A stretch of DNA of 63,065 nucleotides, the filler included, from Choristocarpus tenellus KU-1152 (Eukaryota; Protista; Phaeophyceae): the NCBI GenBank assembly GCA_964200185.2. It is 11 parts of 11 records of this genome, joined end to end, with 100 filler letters (N's around TTAATTAATTAA, not from the genome) between each part and the next. Parts side by side here need not be neighbours in the genome. Positions count along the whole stretch, not along the records: positions 40,663 to 44,265 come from CAXNAD020019012.1; positions 44,366 to 49,795 come from CAXNAD020010801.1; positions 49,896 to 53,418 come from CAXNAD020019466.1; 8 more parts are not named here. The stretch is one strand, 5' to 3'. The notes below the pieces were generated by a model. The model did not search any database, was not told the DNA's origin, and was given only the letters and a program-made list of their open reading frames with translations. Positions 40,720-53,369 of this stretch are shown here, in pieces. A program made the position numbers and the translations under genes. Position 1 is the first letter of the stretch; each line of letters begins with the position of its first letter.

Positions 40720-41780
40720 TCCCGATCAGAGTCGTCTTCAGTATCAGAAATCTTTTCATTACCCGTCGAAGTCATGGTCTCTCTCTCTCCCACGAAGACC
40801 ATGTTGTGTTCGTCTGGCTCGAATGTCACATGGGCTAAGGTTACCAACTTGGCCTCTTGAGGAAGCCAGATGTGCCAGCATAGTGATGCACGATCATGTC
40901 CCATTATTATACCTCGCTTGGCGTATGGGTGAAACTTTGAACTGGCCCCTCTCTGCTGCTTGTCCTGGTGAACATAGCACTCACTCCCCCAGGCTCGAAG
41001 CCTATTGTAGTTGAAAAATTTACCTGTTAGACGCTCGCATGGCGTCACTCCTCCCAGGTATTCGTGTGGCATGCCTCCAGTCTTGAAGGCGACGTCCGTG
41101 ATGGCAAAGAACCAGTACTCGTCGCCCAGCCCAGCCTTTGCCAGTTGACTCCTTGCTGCCCCCATGAGTTGCTTTATCGCCCTTTCGACGATTCCGTTGC
41201 TCTGTGGTGTTCTTGGTGGAGATTTCCTCCATCGGATACCGTTGTTCGCCAGCATCTTTTGGAACTTCACCAATCTCCCAAGCTCGCCAGCACCATCCCC
41301 ACTGTTGCATTTGACTGGTATACCTTCACTGGCCATCTGGTCGATATAAGCAGCGGTTGCATCCGTCGCTGCGTTTTTCGTTTTCAATCCATACACCCTC
41401 TTGTCTCAGCTGCTCTCGTCAACAAACACCTGAAAATATTGGTGGCCAGTTATGTCTGCTTTAATAGGTCCCGCCAAATCTGTGTGGACAACCTCACCGG
41501 GCTGCTTGGGGGTCCTTCCACCTTGTTGATAGCTTAGGGCCTCGGACTTGCATTCCTTGCAGGTCTCGCATTGCAGTTCTGACACCACAGTAGCGTTGGT
41601 GATCTCTAACAGTCACGTTTCTCGAGATGCTTTATTGCTGATGGATTGATGTGTCCCAATATGTTGTGCCAGTCCCTCAATGTCAGCCCGTGTGGGGGGT
41701 GGCACCGTCTTGCTGAACGACGACATGCTTCCCCTGCAACCAAGGCATCTTGGTTTTGATTGCAGCCAGTAACTCCTCCG
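40720..41780 (-). mobile_element. Ty1/Copia pol fragment (GAG-pre-integrase, integrase core, SH3-like), degenerate
   Basis: WHNILGH...CETCKECK (HHCC zinc motif), VHTDLAGP, FVDE, SDGAGE-like, PRTPQSNGIVER, LRAWGSECYVH, KRGIIMG. A stop and a frameshift are present. Confidence 0.93.
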
Positions 41781-41859
41781 TGTACCACTTCCTCTACCAC
41801 AAATGGTCTAAAGTACAGTCCTGCTCATACACATCCTCCTTTTTATGGTTCTTGCTTGT

Positions 41860-42600
41860 CCTGTGTGCCGTTTTTGGCGCACACACACACCAAACACCAA
41901 GCTTTCTATCAAAACTGTAAGCCCAATCTGGGCGGGTTTGGGGGATATAACTCTTGTGCTGCACAGTAGGGGACCCTGGAAGGTCGCTATCATCCCCATC
42001 CATGTGGAAATACCCTAACCCTTTCCCCATCCGCCATCACGTAAAACCAGGTTTCATCCACATTGATTGTGTTCACCATGGAGGCGTAGGTACCATGTTT
42101 CCGGTCCACTTGATCGCAAACAAAGTCCATTCTCCATGCCAAGATTTAAGCTTGGGTTTGATCCAGCAGCGATTCGGCATGGTCTCCATATCACCCATCC
42201 ACCTGTTTGTGGTGCTCGTTCTATAATTCAGCCTCTTGGCCGCCATCTTCATTGTCACCTGACACACTCTGGATGAACGATTATCAGAGTTGATACTATG
42301 TATTCCGGCCATCTTGGTCGGTGTGAGTTCCAAAGTCCACCCACTACGTGCCGCCACCCCTAGGTCAAGCGTATGGCCACAGGCGAGCAGATCAGCAACA
42401 TCCTCCCAGAGCCCTTGCATGTAATGCTCAGACACTCCAAACTCCACTGCGAGGGCCGACCCAACATGTCGCTGCAGGTTGTGCTCACCAGGGACCATTG
42501 CAAGGGTGTGCCGCACTGTAAGCGCAACCCTGGTATTCAGGAGCACTTGGGCACTCTTCCTACGCGGGGGGGTTGACGGGGGGATTACCATGCTGACGTT
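41860..42600 (-). pseudogene. Tc1/mariner-type transposase relic
   Basis: HTH-like LAVEFGVSEHYMQGLW and WIKPKL; after a frameshift, INVDETWFY (first catalytic Asp motif) and FDRKLGVW. Confidence 0.75.
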
Positions 42601-44365
42601 CTGACCCTTTACGTGCCCAGTTCTAGCCTCAAAATCACCCTAAAAGGCCCCTACTTTGACGGCTTGAATCACCTCGAGTTTGTAGCTGATGATCCTCGAC
42701 CCCCACCTTTTCTGAAAGCTGAGATTGTCCGCTCGATTTCATTCTGTGGGGCTATCGTCCGATTCGGCGCCGTTCTCGCTCGGGGAGCCCAGATGTTTCG
42801 TGGCACAAACTTATGGCACAAAGGTAGTACTCTTTCAGATGACGGATCACAGTGATTTGGGAAATTCCAAAGTTCTCTGTGATTGTCGCCATCATCCCCT
42901 GAGCCGTCCAAGTCTCAAGGCGGCGTCATACAATGTCCATACATTCATCCCGTGTGATCTGGCTGACATACTACTTCAGATGACAGAACACAGTGATTTG
43001 GAAATTCCGAGCTATCTGGGATGGCCGCCACCATCCATCCCCTGAGCCGTTCCAAGTCTCACGCCCTCTCGTCTCCAGGCATCACGCTATCACGCTGTTC
43101 TTCGTTGGGGTGTTTGAGGACCCAGGCAGAATTCTGGGTCGAAGAATTGGGACCAATGGGTAACGACAGCATGGACGAGAAGCTCAAGTGACGGGTGCCT
43201 TCGTCGTACGCATCCCAATTAACACCCTCTTTGACAATTTCACGAGGTTTTCCAACCCCATCAAATGCGACTTGGTTGGATTTCAAGTGGTGATCCTCCA
43301 CAATCACGACAGCCCATCATCTCAGACTTTGCACGCCTCCCAATCTATATTAGAACTAACTGTCACCCAGAGGGTTTATCGTGTGGGTCGTTCCTGATCG
43401 AGAACGGAGGTTACAAAAGTTATTTTAAACTTAAACCGAACGGAGAACGTATTATTTGTCATTGTGAGACCATAAATTTTGGCATGCATGGTAGCTCAGT
43501 TCTACCCCGAGTGTTTGTATGCCCCAATTAATGCATTAAAGTGAATAATCGAAGTGAGAAGTCCACCATACTTGACGACATGTCCTTTATGATGCCTGTT
43601 AAAACATAGGTTTCAACAATGCCCTCTACGAGCCCTTGAGTTCAGCCAACAGGGTTGTGGATTGGAGCCACATGTCCCATCATGGTAAGCATACAGAGCA
43701 TTTTGTATCATGGAGGTCATACCTTGTCTCTTCAAACCGGTAAGAATACTCAGCTTACCACATGGGACTGTTGTCGATTCCTCGGGGCTTCCTACACTCA
43801 TCTCCATGTCCGCTTCCCTCGAATTGGGGAGAAAGGGTCCGCATCATCGTATCTGTGGCTCAGACACCACACCCTCAGCGGGGAACGGATCTTGCGACCA
43901 TGAGTGTGGGCAATTACTCATGTTCACCATCGATAGCTTGCACTCGAGATCATGACTTCAGGGTTTTTAAGACCTTGAGCCTATGTAAGAGAGTACAGGT
44001 CGCCTTGCTGTCTGTACTGTTCGCATCAATGACCTGCACTTGTGATGACGGCTTCATGATCTCTCGTAAGGACCTTGAGTGCAGGTCGCCATACAGGTCG
44101 CACCAATGGCCTGTATTCAAGTGCATTGCTTCAGGGTCTCTCTTTACGACCTTGAGGCAAGGGAAGAGTGCCCTGTAGATATTATTTTTGTGTCTTGTGT
44201 TCGATTAGACTCTTCCAACTCTATCGGACAGTTACGGTAAAATATGTATGGAGTAATGGAACAATNNNNNNNNNNNNNNNNNNNNNNNNNNNNNNNNNNN
44301 NNNNNNNNNTTAATTAATTAANNNNNNNNNNNNNNNNNNNNNNNNNNNNNNNNNNNNNNNNNNNN

Positions 44366-44586
44366 CAGTAGAATAGTAATATTGTTCATACAGTAGAATG
44401 GTAATGCTTTTTTCATACAGTAGAATGGTAATGCTTTTTTCATAATTAGAATATTAATGTTTTCATAAAGTAGAATAGTAATGTTTTTTTCATAAGTAGA
44501 ATAGTAATGTTTTTCATACAGTAGAGTAGTAATGTTTTTTTCATAAAGTAGAATAGTAATGTTTTTTCATACAGTAGAATAGTAAT
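44366..44586. repeat. Minisatellite of ~27 bp (CAGTAGAATAGTAATGTTTTTTCATA), ~8 copies
   Basis: Direct tandem units with a variable T-run. Confidence 0.95.
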
Positions 44587-46306
44587 ATATAAAAAAAAAT
44601 CGTGCTATGAATATCTGTATTGCATTGAGATGGAATTTGGTAGACTGTTTTCATTGTGAAAATAATTTTTTTAAAGGGATGCAAGCCATTCGGTTAGGGG
44701 GGGAGAGGGAGAGGACCATTATGATTATGATTATGATTATGATTATAATTACATTTTTTTTATCTTAACCTAAGTCGAGGTGGGGTACAAACCTGTGGCT
44801 GAAAGGTAATTTTAAGGAAATCCATTTGCACAGGTTAATAATAATAATAATAATAATTAATACTAGAACAATACTGCAGGAAAAGGATGAAATATTACTT
44901 TACTCAAGGGTGGCCAATAAAACACAGGTACTAAGCACCAGCTCCCAATAGGTCTTTTTTAAGGTTACCACATGTCGCCAGGTCCTCTGGCAAGAAATTG
45001 GAATAGAAAAAAATCAGCGTAGTATCTGGTTAGTCAGTTGAACTGGTTAGTAACTGTATCCATCTGACCCGAACAGCATTCATCATAGATCATACATCAT
45101 AGATCATACAAACAAAAAGAAAAAGGATACAATCATGATCAACACAAAAGGAAAGAGACAATGCCAAAGAAACTGGTTAGTGTCAGAAACTGGTTAGTGC
45201 GCTTGGCGCACTGGTCTGCTTGGGCTGCCTTGGCTTCTGCTGCATGTCGGCGATGACAGTTTCTTGGTTCCCTAACCCTGAGTTGCTACTCATTCACAAG
45301 GAAGCTCTGTTTTCCATCAGCCACGCGCTGGGACTACCACTGTTGTTGACTACCACTGTTGATTTGTTGGCCTTGTAGTTAGTCCGTCCCTCAAGTGTTC
45401 CTGAGGTGACAAAGGTTGTTTCAAGGATACCCGCCAGTTGGTTCTTTTTTTAGTTTTTTTTAGTTTTTTTTCTGCTTTGGTTCTTTTTTAGTTTTTGTAT
45501 GCAAGTTACCCTATAACAAAAACGCCTTCGTTAGTCAGTTGCTGATCCCCCATCGATGATGATGGTCTCCGACTTGATACAGTTGCCTCAATACTATTTG
45601 ATACTGTATTACGAGGTCCTCATGAGGACGTCTCTGTCCAAATAGAACATAGGGTGATTGATTGCATTCCTGTTTTGTTTTTTTTTAGGTGCAAGTGGAA
45701 ATAACTATTTTTTATTTTATTATTTTTATTTGTCTGATCTGTGAACAGATATTTTTACTCAGCAGACCTGGTGAAGTCTCCATATGACAAAAACCATGTA
45801 GTAGGACATAAAGCACTTCAACCTTTAGCATTGGATGGCGTTGGTGGGGAGAAACCTATACTGGAAAGGTGTTGGCATATTCAGGACAGAAAGGTGTTGA
45901 TATTGCTATGGTTTTCATAAAATATATGGCATGCTGGAGTGACAGTGGTATGCTGTCTTCAATCACCAGCTACTGTACATGTCAGACATCAAATTTCACT
46001 GCATACCCCCCTTCTGTCTTCCCTCTTCAGTTGATCCCCTTACATGTATCTTTTGCCTTGAGTTTTTAGCAATTTTTTTTTTTAATCCCACTTTTGCATT
46101 GTGTGTGCATTAATAATACATTAGAAATGATAGTATGCCCTCTGTCCCATAACTTTGGGCCGTTAAGTTGTAGCTCTTCAGGATGACATCCAATTACAAA
46201 AAGGGACTTTTGCGTTGGACTCCTTGGAACAATTTACATTAATTGGAACAATTTACATTAATGAAGCTGGCCATGTACAACCAAGTTTTAACATGGCCAA
46301 GTCCAT

Positions 46307-46583
46307 GGACATGAAGTGTTTCAAGATGGAAGTGAGCTGTTTCAAAATGGATATGAAGTGTTTCAAGATGGAAAGTGAGCTGTTTCAAGATGGATATGAA
46401 CTGTTTCAAGATGGAAAGTGAGCTGTTTCAAGATGGAAGTGAGCTATTTCAAGATGGATATGAACTGTTTCAAGATGGATATGAACTGTTTCAAGATGGA
46501 AGTGAGCTGTTTCAAGATGGATATGAACTCTTTGAAGATGGAAAGTGAGCTGTTTCAGGATGGACACAAACTGTTTCAAGATA
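46307..46583. repeat. Minisatellite of 21/22 bp (TGTTTCAAGATGGA + TATGAAC or A(A)GTGAGC), ~13 copies
   Basis: Direct tandem units with two alternating variants. Confidence 0.95.
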
Positions 46584-48335
46584 ACCATGTGACTGGCGGT
46601 GGACATGCTAAGTGCTCAACTCGGTGAAAAAAAATCTGGATCTTTAGTTAGTTCAGTTAGTTTAGTTTAGTTAGTTCAGTACTTTTCTTTTACGTTTCAG
46701 AATATAAATATATATGTTGCATGTGTTGTGTCCATTTTTTGGTAGGTGTTTTAGCAAGTGTAGGAGGTGTAAATTTGGACTATCACTTGGTGTTATTATT
46801 CAAAGTTTTAAATCCAACCAGTATTTAACTGGACTGGCCCACTCACTACCTAACCTCATTGCATCTATGCGAAGATCCTGACCCTAACCCTGTCAGGAAC
46901 ATTTAAAACACTTAGTTGACTGTTACGCCCTTTTCATTTTTTACTTCAATGTATGAATTGACAATAAACTGCACTAATCTATAATGTACTATAATACAAT
47001 TTTTTTATTGTAAGTACAAATTACATATCAGTAGGTAATACCCAAGGCGTTTCGCCAAACTGGTAACTGCTCCGAAGTTTGAAACTCAACAGAAAAAAAT
47101 TAGAATTCATGCACAAGCCATCGGGCTCAATCTGACCAAGCCGAGACCTGGGCCAGCCCCATGAAAAGGTTTCTGGAAGAGACCAGCTTGCCACTGACCC
47201 TGTCAAATCTCTGATGGCCATTGCCCTGCCCTGCAAAACTCATTTTGCCCTGGCTGACATGCAGACTGGTTTTGTAGAAAAGTGTTTTTATTGGAGCTTC
47301 CCTCGGTGTGGTCCAATCATCCAAACCCGATTCAATATTAACCCTAACCCTAAGCAAAGTACCTTGTTCCATCTTGGATTAACATACTGTCATACGCCCT
47401 CCCACCAACTACAGATGCTCCGTCACAGTTCAGTTGTAAGGAGATTATTTTGACCTTTTATTATTTATAAATTTCCCCAACTGTCAGGGTGAGTCCCTAC
47501 CCTGATTTGCCAACTGTGATACTAATGTTATATCCTGTTACTGTTCAAAGTTATTATTGTAGCTAACATCTCTGTTCTGAGAAATAAGAACACTAATACA
47601 ATACCGTTACAATACCGTTCTGATTTTTTTGTTATTTGCACGGTACGAAGTACGATAAACAGCTAGCTTGTATACACATACGTCAAGTTCCCATGATTTC
47701 AACCATCTCACTTTTTTTTTTTTTTGCATCCTGTTTTTTTTTTTGTAAGATGTAAAAGAAAAAGAAAAGGTGAAGGTGAAGGCTGGGGGATCAGGCGGAG
47801 CCAAGGGAAAGGGAAAGGGCAGCACATTGTCTGGAGTTCACCCTGCACCTACCAGCTCTGTGAAGGCTACGGGAAGCTCTGTGAAGTCGAGGTGAAAGTG
47901 TATAGTTTTTTTTTTTTTTAAGACAATGATTCGAATCGTTTCGTCTTAACCCTAACCCTGAAAATGCCCAGAAGAGCCGGTGAGAATATCTGAGTCAGTG
48001 TGAGGGTAGGTCAAGTTGGCACAATTTCAATCAAGCATGAGGTTTGGGCATCACGGGCATCTATTTTATTTTTATTTTTATTTTTATTGTATGCATTCGA
48101 AGGATGCACCATTTTTTTTTTGTTCTTACCCTAACCCTTGTTTTCATTACTTGGGCCAAGAGAGACCAAGGGTTAGGGTGTGTACACTAGTGAGTCCCGT
48201 TTCGTGCTTGTAACGATTTGTACCCCCTTCCACAGGCGTCAACTATGTCGATCCTTGAAATATGTTATCTGCTGTCAATAATCACAGTGCTTTACTTCCG
48301 CCTCTCGAATTCAGAAGTTGATTGCATATACCATG

Positions 48336-48510
48336 CATAATACCAATATTGTTTGATGAACATAATACCACTATTGTTTGGTGAACATAATACCACTATT
48401 GTTTGGTGAACATAATACCACTATTGTTTGATGAACATAATACCACTATTGTTTGGTGAACATAATACCACTATTGTTTGGTGAACATAATACCACTATT
48501 GTTTGGTGAA
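48336..48510. repeat. Minisatellite of 25 bp (CATAATACCACTATTGTTTG(G/A)TGAA), 7 copies
   Basis: Near-perfect tandem units with no spacers. Confidence 0.97.
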
Positions 48511-48990
48511 AAGGACAAGGTTTTTTGGGCGCTCATATAATGGCAAGAGGTTGTTTTATATCATTATTGTATCAGTATTGTATCAGTATTGCTGGGTGGG
48601 TTTTCTACGTTCAATGGAAATACACAACCCGCTGTCGAAAATCTGGTAAACGTTGTTAGGTTTTCATGTATATATGAAGGCGTCCCTGATATGTGTTGTG
48701 TCCCTCTCAGCATACACCCCTTGTCTGCCCCGTGTGTTTGGGGAAAATAGTCCATTCAAGTTCCAATAGTATGCCACTTCAGTCAAAGCGCTCTGCTGCC
48801 GGGGTATTCAGGCTTGGTGTTAATTGTACGGTGGTATTCAACTGCCTGCGGTTGAGCTCGTTCTCAACAAAGTGCAAGGCCTTCCTTCAATGGCCAGTAG
48901 GAGTATGCCCAAGTCTCAGTGCTCAACGGGGCTCAACAAGCCTTTCTCACATGCCTGCCTCATGCTTCACCCCTAAGTCTCGCTCGTTTA

Positions 48991-49248
48991 CTCTTTAATG
49001 CAATGCTCTTTAATACAATACTCTTTAATGCAATGCTCTTTAATACAATACTCTTTAATACAATACTATTTAATACAATACTCTTTAATACAATGCTCTT
49101 TAATACAATACTCTTTAATACAATACTATTTAATATAATACTCTTTAATACAATACTCTTTAATACAATACTCTTTAATACAATACTCTTTAATACAATA
49201 CTATTCAATACAATGCTCTATAATACAATACTCTTTAATACAATACTC
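48991..49248. repeat. Minisatellite of 15 bp (CTCTTTAATACAATA), ~17 copies
   Basis: Direct tandem units. Confidence 0.97.
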
Positions 49249-49895
49249 CATTTTGTACAGTAGACGAAGTTGTACAGTACACAGGCAGCAGCACAGAAAA
49301 GCGTGCTCAATTTTTTGAGGGAGTCGATGCCTAACCCTAACTATATATATCACACTGACCCCTAACCCTAACCCTAACCAACCCTTCATGTGGTTCGTAT
49401 TTGTTCAAATATATTTTCCTATCTTTTGCAGGATGGAATATTCCTACCTCTCTCACGTCATCACCATGACCCTGCATCTCACACCAGGCCTCAGCCTTAT
49501 GTTGCCTCCTACTTTTTATAACCCTAACCCTATGTATGTACGTACTCTCCCGCTGAGCCGCAGACAGTAATATCCCCTGGCTCTTGTACAAACCCCTTTT
49601 TAAACCCCTTTTCAAAACCCTAGTATTCTTCCTCCTCCCAGACCCCAACCCCTTCCTTCCCCCTGGTTTTCCTTCCTTTTTGGCTTTTTTTTTTTTCCCC
49701 TCAAGAGTTTCTCCTTCCTCCTCCTCTGCCATCGGCGGGGGGATTGCCCGTAAGAAGCCCTTGTTGAAGAACACCAAGACATTGACATCCAAGGTNNNNN
49801 NNNNNNNNNNNNNNNNNNNNNNNNNNNNNNNNNNNNNNNTTAATTAATTAANNNNNNNNNNNNNNNNNNNNNNNNNNNNNNNNNNNNNNNNNNNN

Positions 49896-52800
49896 TGGCT
49901 CTGCTGGCTTTGAAGCTTGATGACACGGTAAGAATGCCAGTGGTGTTTATATACAGTATATACAGTATTCTGGGTACAGGATCCATTGTGTAACAATCTT
50001 GAGTATCTACTCTTTGTTGTAGTTGTTTTTGGTCATGTCATGTTCTATGATGCTATCCAGGTAACGGTTGATCTCGATTTGTTGGGGGGTTTTGTCGGGT
50101 GGGCAGGACCTCTACACTATTGGTCCATTTTTCTGCCTGAATCTTTGCACCCTTCTTGTGTCTTTGTTTTTTGCTTAGATTGATGAAGTCTCTCGCCTTA
50201 CTTTTATTCCTGAATAAAAATGTGCATGTGCATGGATGTTGCTTCTTAGCTACGAAAAGTGACAAGCACGTTGCTGGTAGGCAAACAGTAGTTTATCAGT
50301 ATTTATCTTTGAGTAGGGTAGGGAAAGGTTAGGGTTTGGAGGGACCACTGGTCTATGCCAATGATGAAGTAGTGTCTGCCTTGTTCAGGGACATGCAGGT
50401 ACCAACTTCTTGTGAGCATTCATACCTTGAGCTCTATTATTTTATTGATGCAATATACTGTGGTTGGTTCAATCTTTCAGGTGCACTTTCATCATTTAGT
50501 ATATCTACAACTCTCCTCACTATACCTCACCAGACAAGCCTCCTAGGCCTTCTGGGTTCAGTTTGCGTTGGTGCTGTTTCACGTGTACAAAGTACTAAGT
50601 ACTAATACCACCTACACATAGAAGTTTTGAGTGAGGAATGATTTCCATGCCAGGTAGCTGTAGGAAACCCCTCAGATATCAAATATTTGGGTTATTGGAT
50701 TCTGACAGCTTGCAACTTATCATTGCCATGAGAGAACTCCACCTACATCCGATAGTCCCACTCTGTAATTGAGCATAAGGTGCCGTGAATTCTTGTTGCA
50801 GATCTAGGGTTAGGGTTTAGTTTACAATAGCGCCAGAAGTTGATCCCAGTGAATTCCTTGTTGTCTGATCAAAGTCAACCGAGCTGTAAACCTGCTGGGA
50901 CGCCTTATCAAGTTATGAACTCCTGAAGTGCCCCCCCAAGGTTTCATGTTTTGCTTTGAGAAGGTATAGTTTTTTATTACATAAGTGTAGAAATCTGTGA
51001 ACATAGTGACGTAGGAGTGTCCATGTACAGATCTGATATTAGCTGGGAAAACAATGTCAGTGGGCACCAGTTTAAGTTTCCTTGGAGTCTAATGGTTGAG
51101 GGTTTTTTGGAAATGCCTACTTTTTGCATGCATTTAGTTGGCAAATAGCATACAAGAGCAGTGCATCAGTTCGCTTCAATATACTCCTGTATCTTCAGTG
51201 TCGCCCAGAGCACGTGTTTCTTGAACATTGAGGTTGGTCATTGTGGTGTGGTACAAACTAGCATCCATTGTGTCAGTGTATGTCAAAGTTGCATGGTGAT
51301 GATGTTCCTCTTGAAGTGATCAATGGGAACAAGTGCAAGCCCTCAGAAACATGTGCAAGAAATCGAACTCCTCCACTAAGAAGATATGGTAAGGCAGTCA
51401 GGTGGATATCCACAACCTTCGTTTGTGGCATTGATGAGCTCAAGAGCTTGTGTCCCAGTTTAAGGACCACCAGTACATCTGTTGTAGTAGTTACATGATC
51501 ACCATCAGAATCCCGTGCCAAGCATGAAAGGACTCCTTTGTTTGTAGCAGTAATAGTGTTGTCAGTAACCCTAACCCTAAGATATCTTTGGGTGTCTCTT
51601 ATGCCATACATGTTTAGATGTGTCTCTGCATATCTCCAGGAAATGTCCTGGGTCTAACATGTGATAGGAGTACCCACTGTCCAGGAGCATATAAAATCCT
51701 TTGTTATCAAAGAATTCTTGCTTTGTGTGACATTTGCTGTAGAGGAAACTGTCAATCTTCTGACTTCTTTGAGTGTATTCCAGTGACCTTGTGTCCAGGG
51801 TGAAGGCAATTAAAGCACAAACCTGACTGTTGTGTCTTTCCACCAGACAGGATTGCATAGCTGTTTGACTTCAATGATTACACCTGTAATGGCAGTGGAA
51901 TGTACCTTGTTGGTGAAGTAATCAGGAACTTGCTTCTTAATCCTGCCATGTATTACCTCTGTTCGTTGAACCGAAAACTGTTCTGCTGGGCCCATACTCT
52001 GGTGGAAGTCCAGAAATGATGATGCCATTAAATCAAGCTTCCAGCACAATCTCACCCAAATCTGTGAGCTTTTTATGGAGGTTGATGAATCTAGAAATCA
52101 TAGAAATCATCAGGGTTAGGGTTACACCCTCTTCTGTATGTAGTAGACATTTTTCATGAGGGCCATGAGGGTCCATGGTCTGTGTAAGTGTATCGGAGTC
52201 ATACTTGTCTTGAAGAGCCCTGACAGCTCCCATGGCATTTGAAGTCATGTCCAATTGACACCTACTGTGGCATGAAGTTTGTGAATGAATTTGGTCCACT
52301 CCGGATGGTTTTTGTTCACACCTTGATTAGTCGTTGGCCTTGGTTTGCTGCAATATAGGGCAGACGTTTTTGTTTACCTTGAGTGTGAGGACAAGATCAA
52401 ATTTCTCATGAAATCCTTAACAATTTACTCTGAAGTCATCAAATGTTGAGTATCTAATCTCATCTTGACAGTCCCAACTCATTCCAGTGCCTGTTGCATT
52501 GCCCATGATGTTACTGATTACTTCAACTGTATACCTGCGGAATGTGTACCCTCTCACAGTGATGTATGTTCCTCTTTGTATGTATAGTCAGTCTTTGCTA
52601 GGTCTAACCTTTTTACAGGTTTCTTCTTTCTGTTGGTGCTGAGGAGTGTGATCTATATCAAGAACAGTTAAACGAGACACTGTACACTTTCCAATTTCCC
52701 ATGATGAGCGCAAACCCATAATTCAAGGTTGTAGATGATGTTGTAAGAGGTTGCAGTTGCAGGAGAGAGAAAAAAGAAGTAAGTGATTCTGGAGAGCTAT

Positions 52801-53369
52801 CATTACAGTTAGTCATAGATACAATATGATAGGTTACTGTCATCTAATGATCTTTGTCGTACGGTAAAATAATTTTAGTATCAAGTTACATCAGGCAAGA
52901 GACCTTAACATATAGCGATCCTTGAGTTTTTGGCTGACCCGTTGAATGGTGTTTTGTACCCTTGATCAGACTATCTCCAGTGTATAAGGTACATTAGATT
53001 CCAGAGGCAGATAGTATAGGACAACAAGAGTCAGACCATGTCTGTCCATGTCTCCATCAAAACTTGATACTAGGTGTGACCGTGTGTCACCTATTGTCTG
53101 GTACAGCACATGCATGATGCATCATATGAGTGTGGCTATTATCAGTAGTGTTATTGTTTTTATTCACTGTCTACATTGGCCTTTCATCCCTTTCATCCCT
53201 TTCACCCCATTTTGTTCCAAATGATCAGATTGATGGAAGCTGGTGGTTGGTGTTCCTCCCAGTGTGGATACTCTTGATTGGGCAGCTTATATCTCATGGA
53301 CATGACCTTTCAAAGGCCAAAACTTTAACAGAAAATATTGATACGGAGAATTTGGAGGACCTCTCACAG
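49896..53369 (+). CDS. TMEM185/FAM11-like membrane protein, partial. Exons 49896-49927 and 53229-53369
   Basis: In-phase join ALLALKLDDT|IDGSWWLVFLPVWILL matches the LxLKLDxxIxxSWWxVFxPxW signature. Confidence 0.8.
50330..52510 (-). mobile_element. Heavily degraded Ty1/Copia element (gag-protease-integrase) inside the intron
   Basis: Gag-like AVRALQDKYDSD and RFINLHKKLTDLGE; protease MLLDSGYSYHM; DVLVVLKLGHKLLSS; integrase-like SVHGHSYVTMFTDFY. Many stops. Confidence 0.8.

Noticed and set aside
46307-46583. CRISPR-like repeat/spacer appearance
   Set aside because: The variable part is only 7-8 nt and takes two recurring states; there are no unique spacers and no cas genes.
48336-48510. 25-bp repeats as a CRISPR array
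   Set aside because: The units are contiguous with no spacers.
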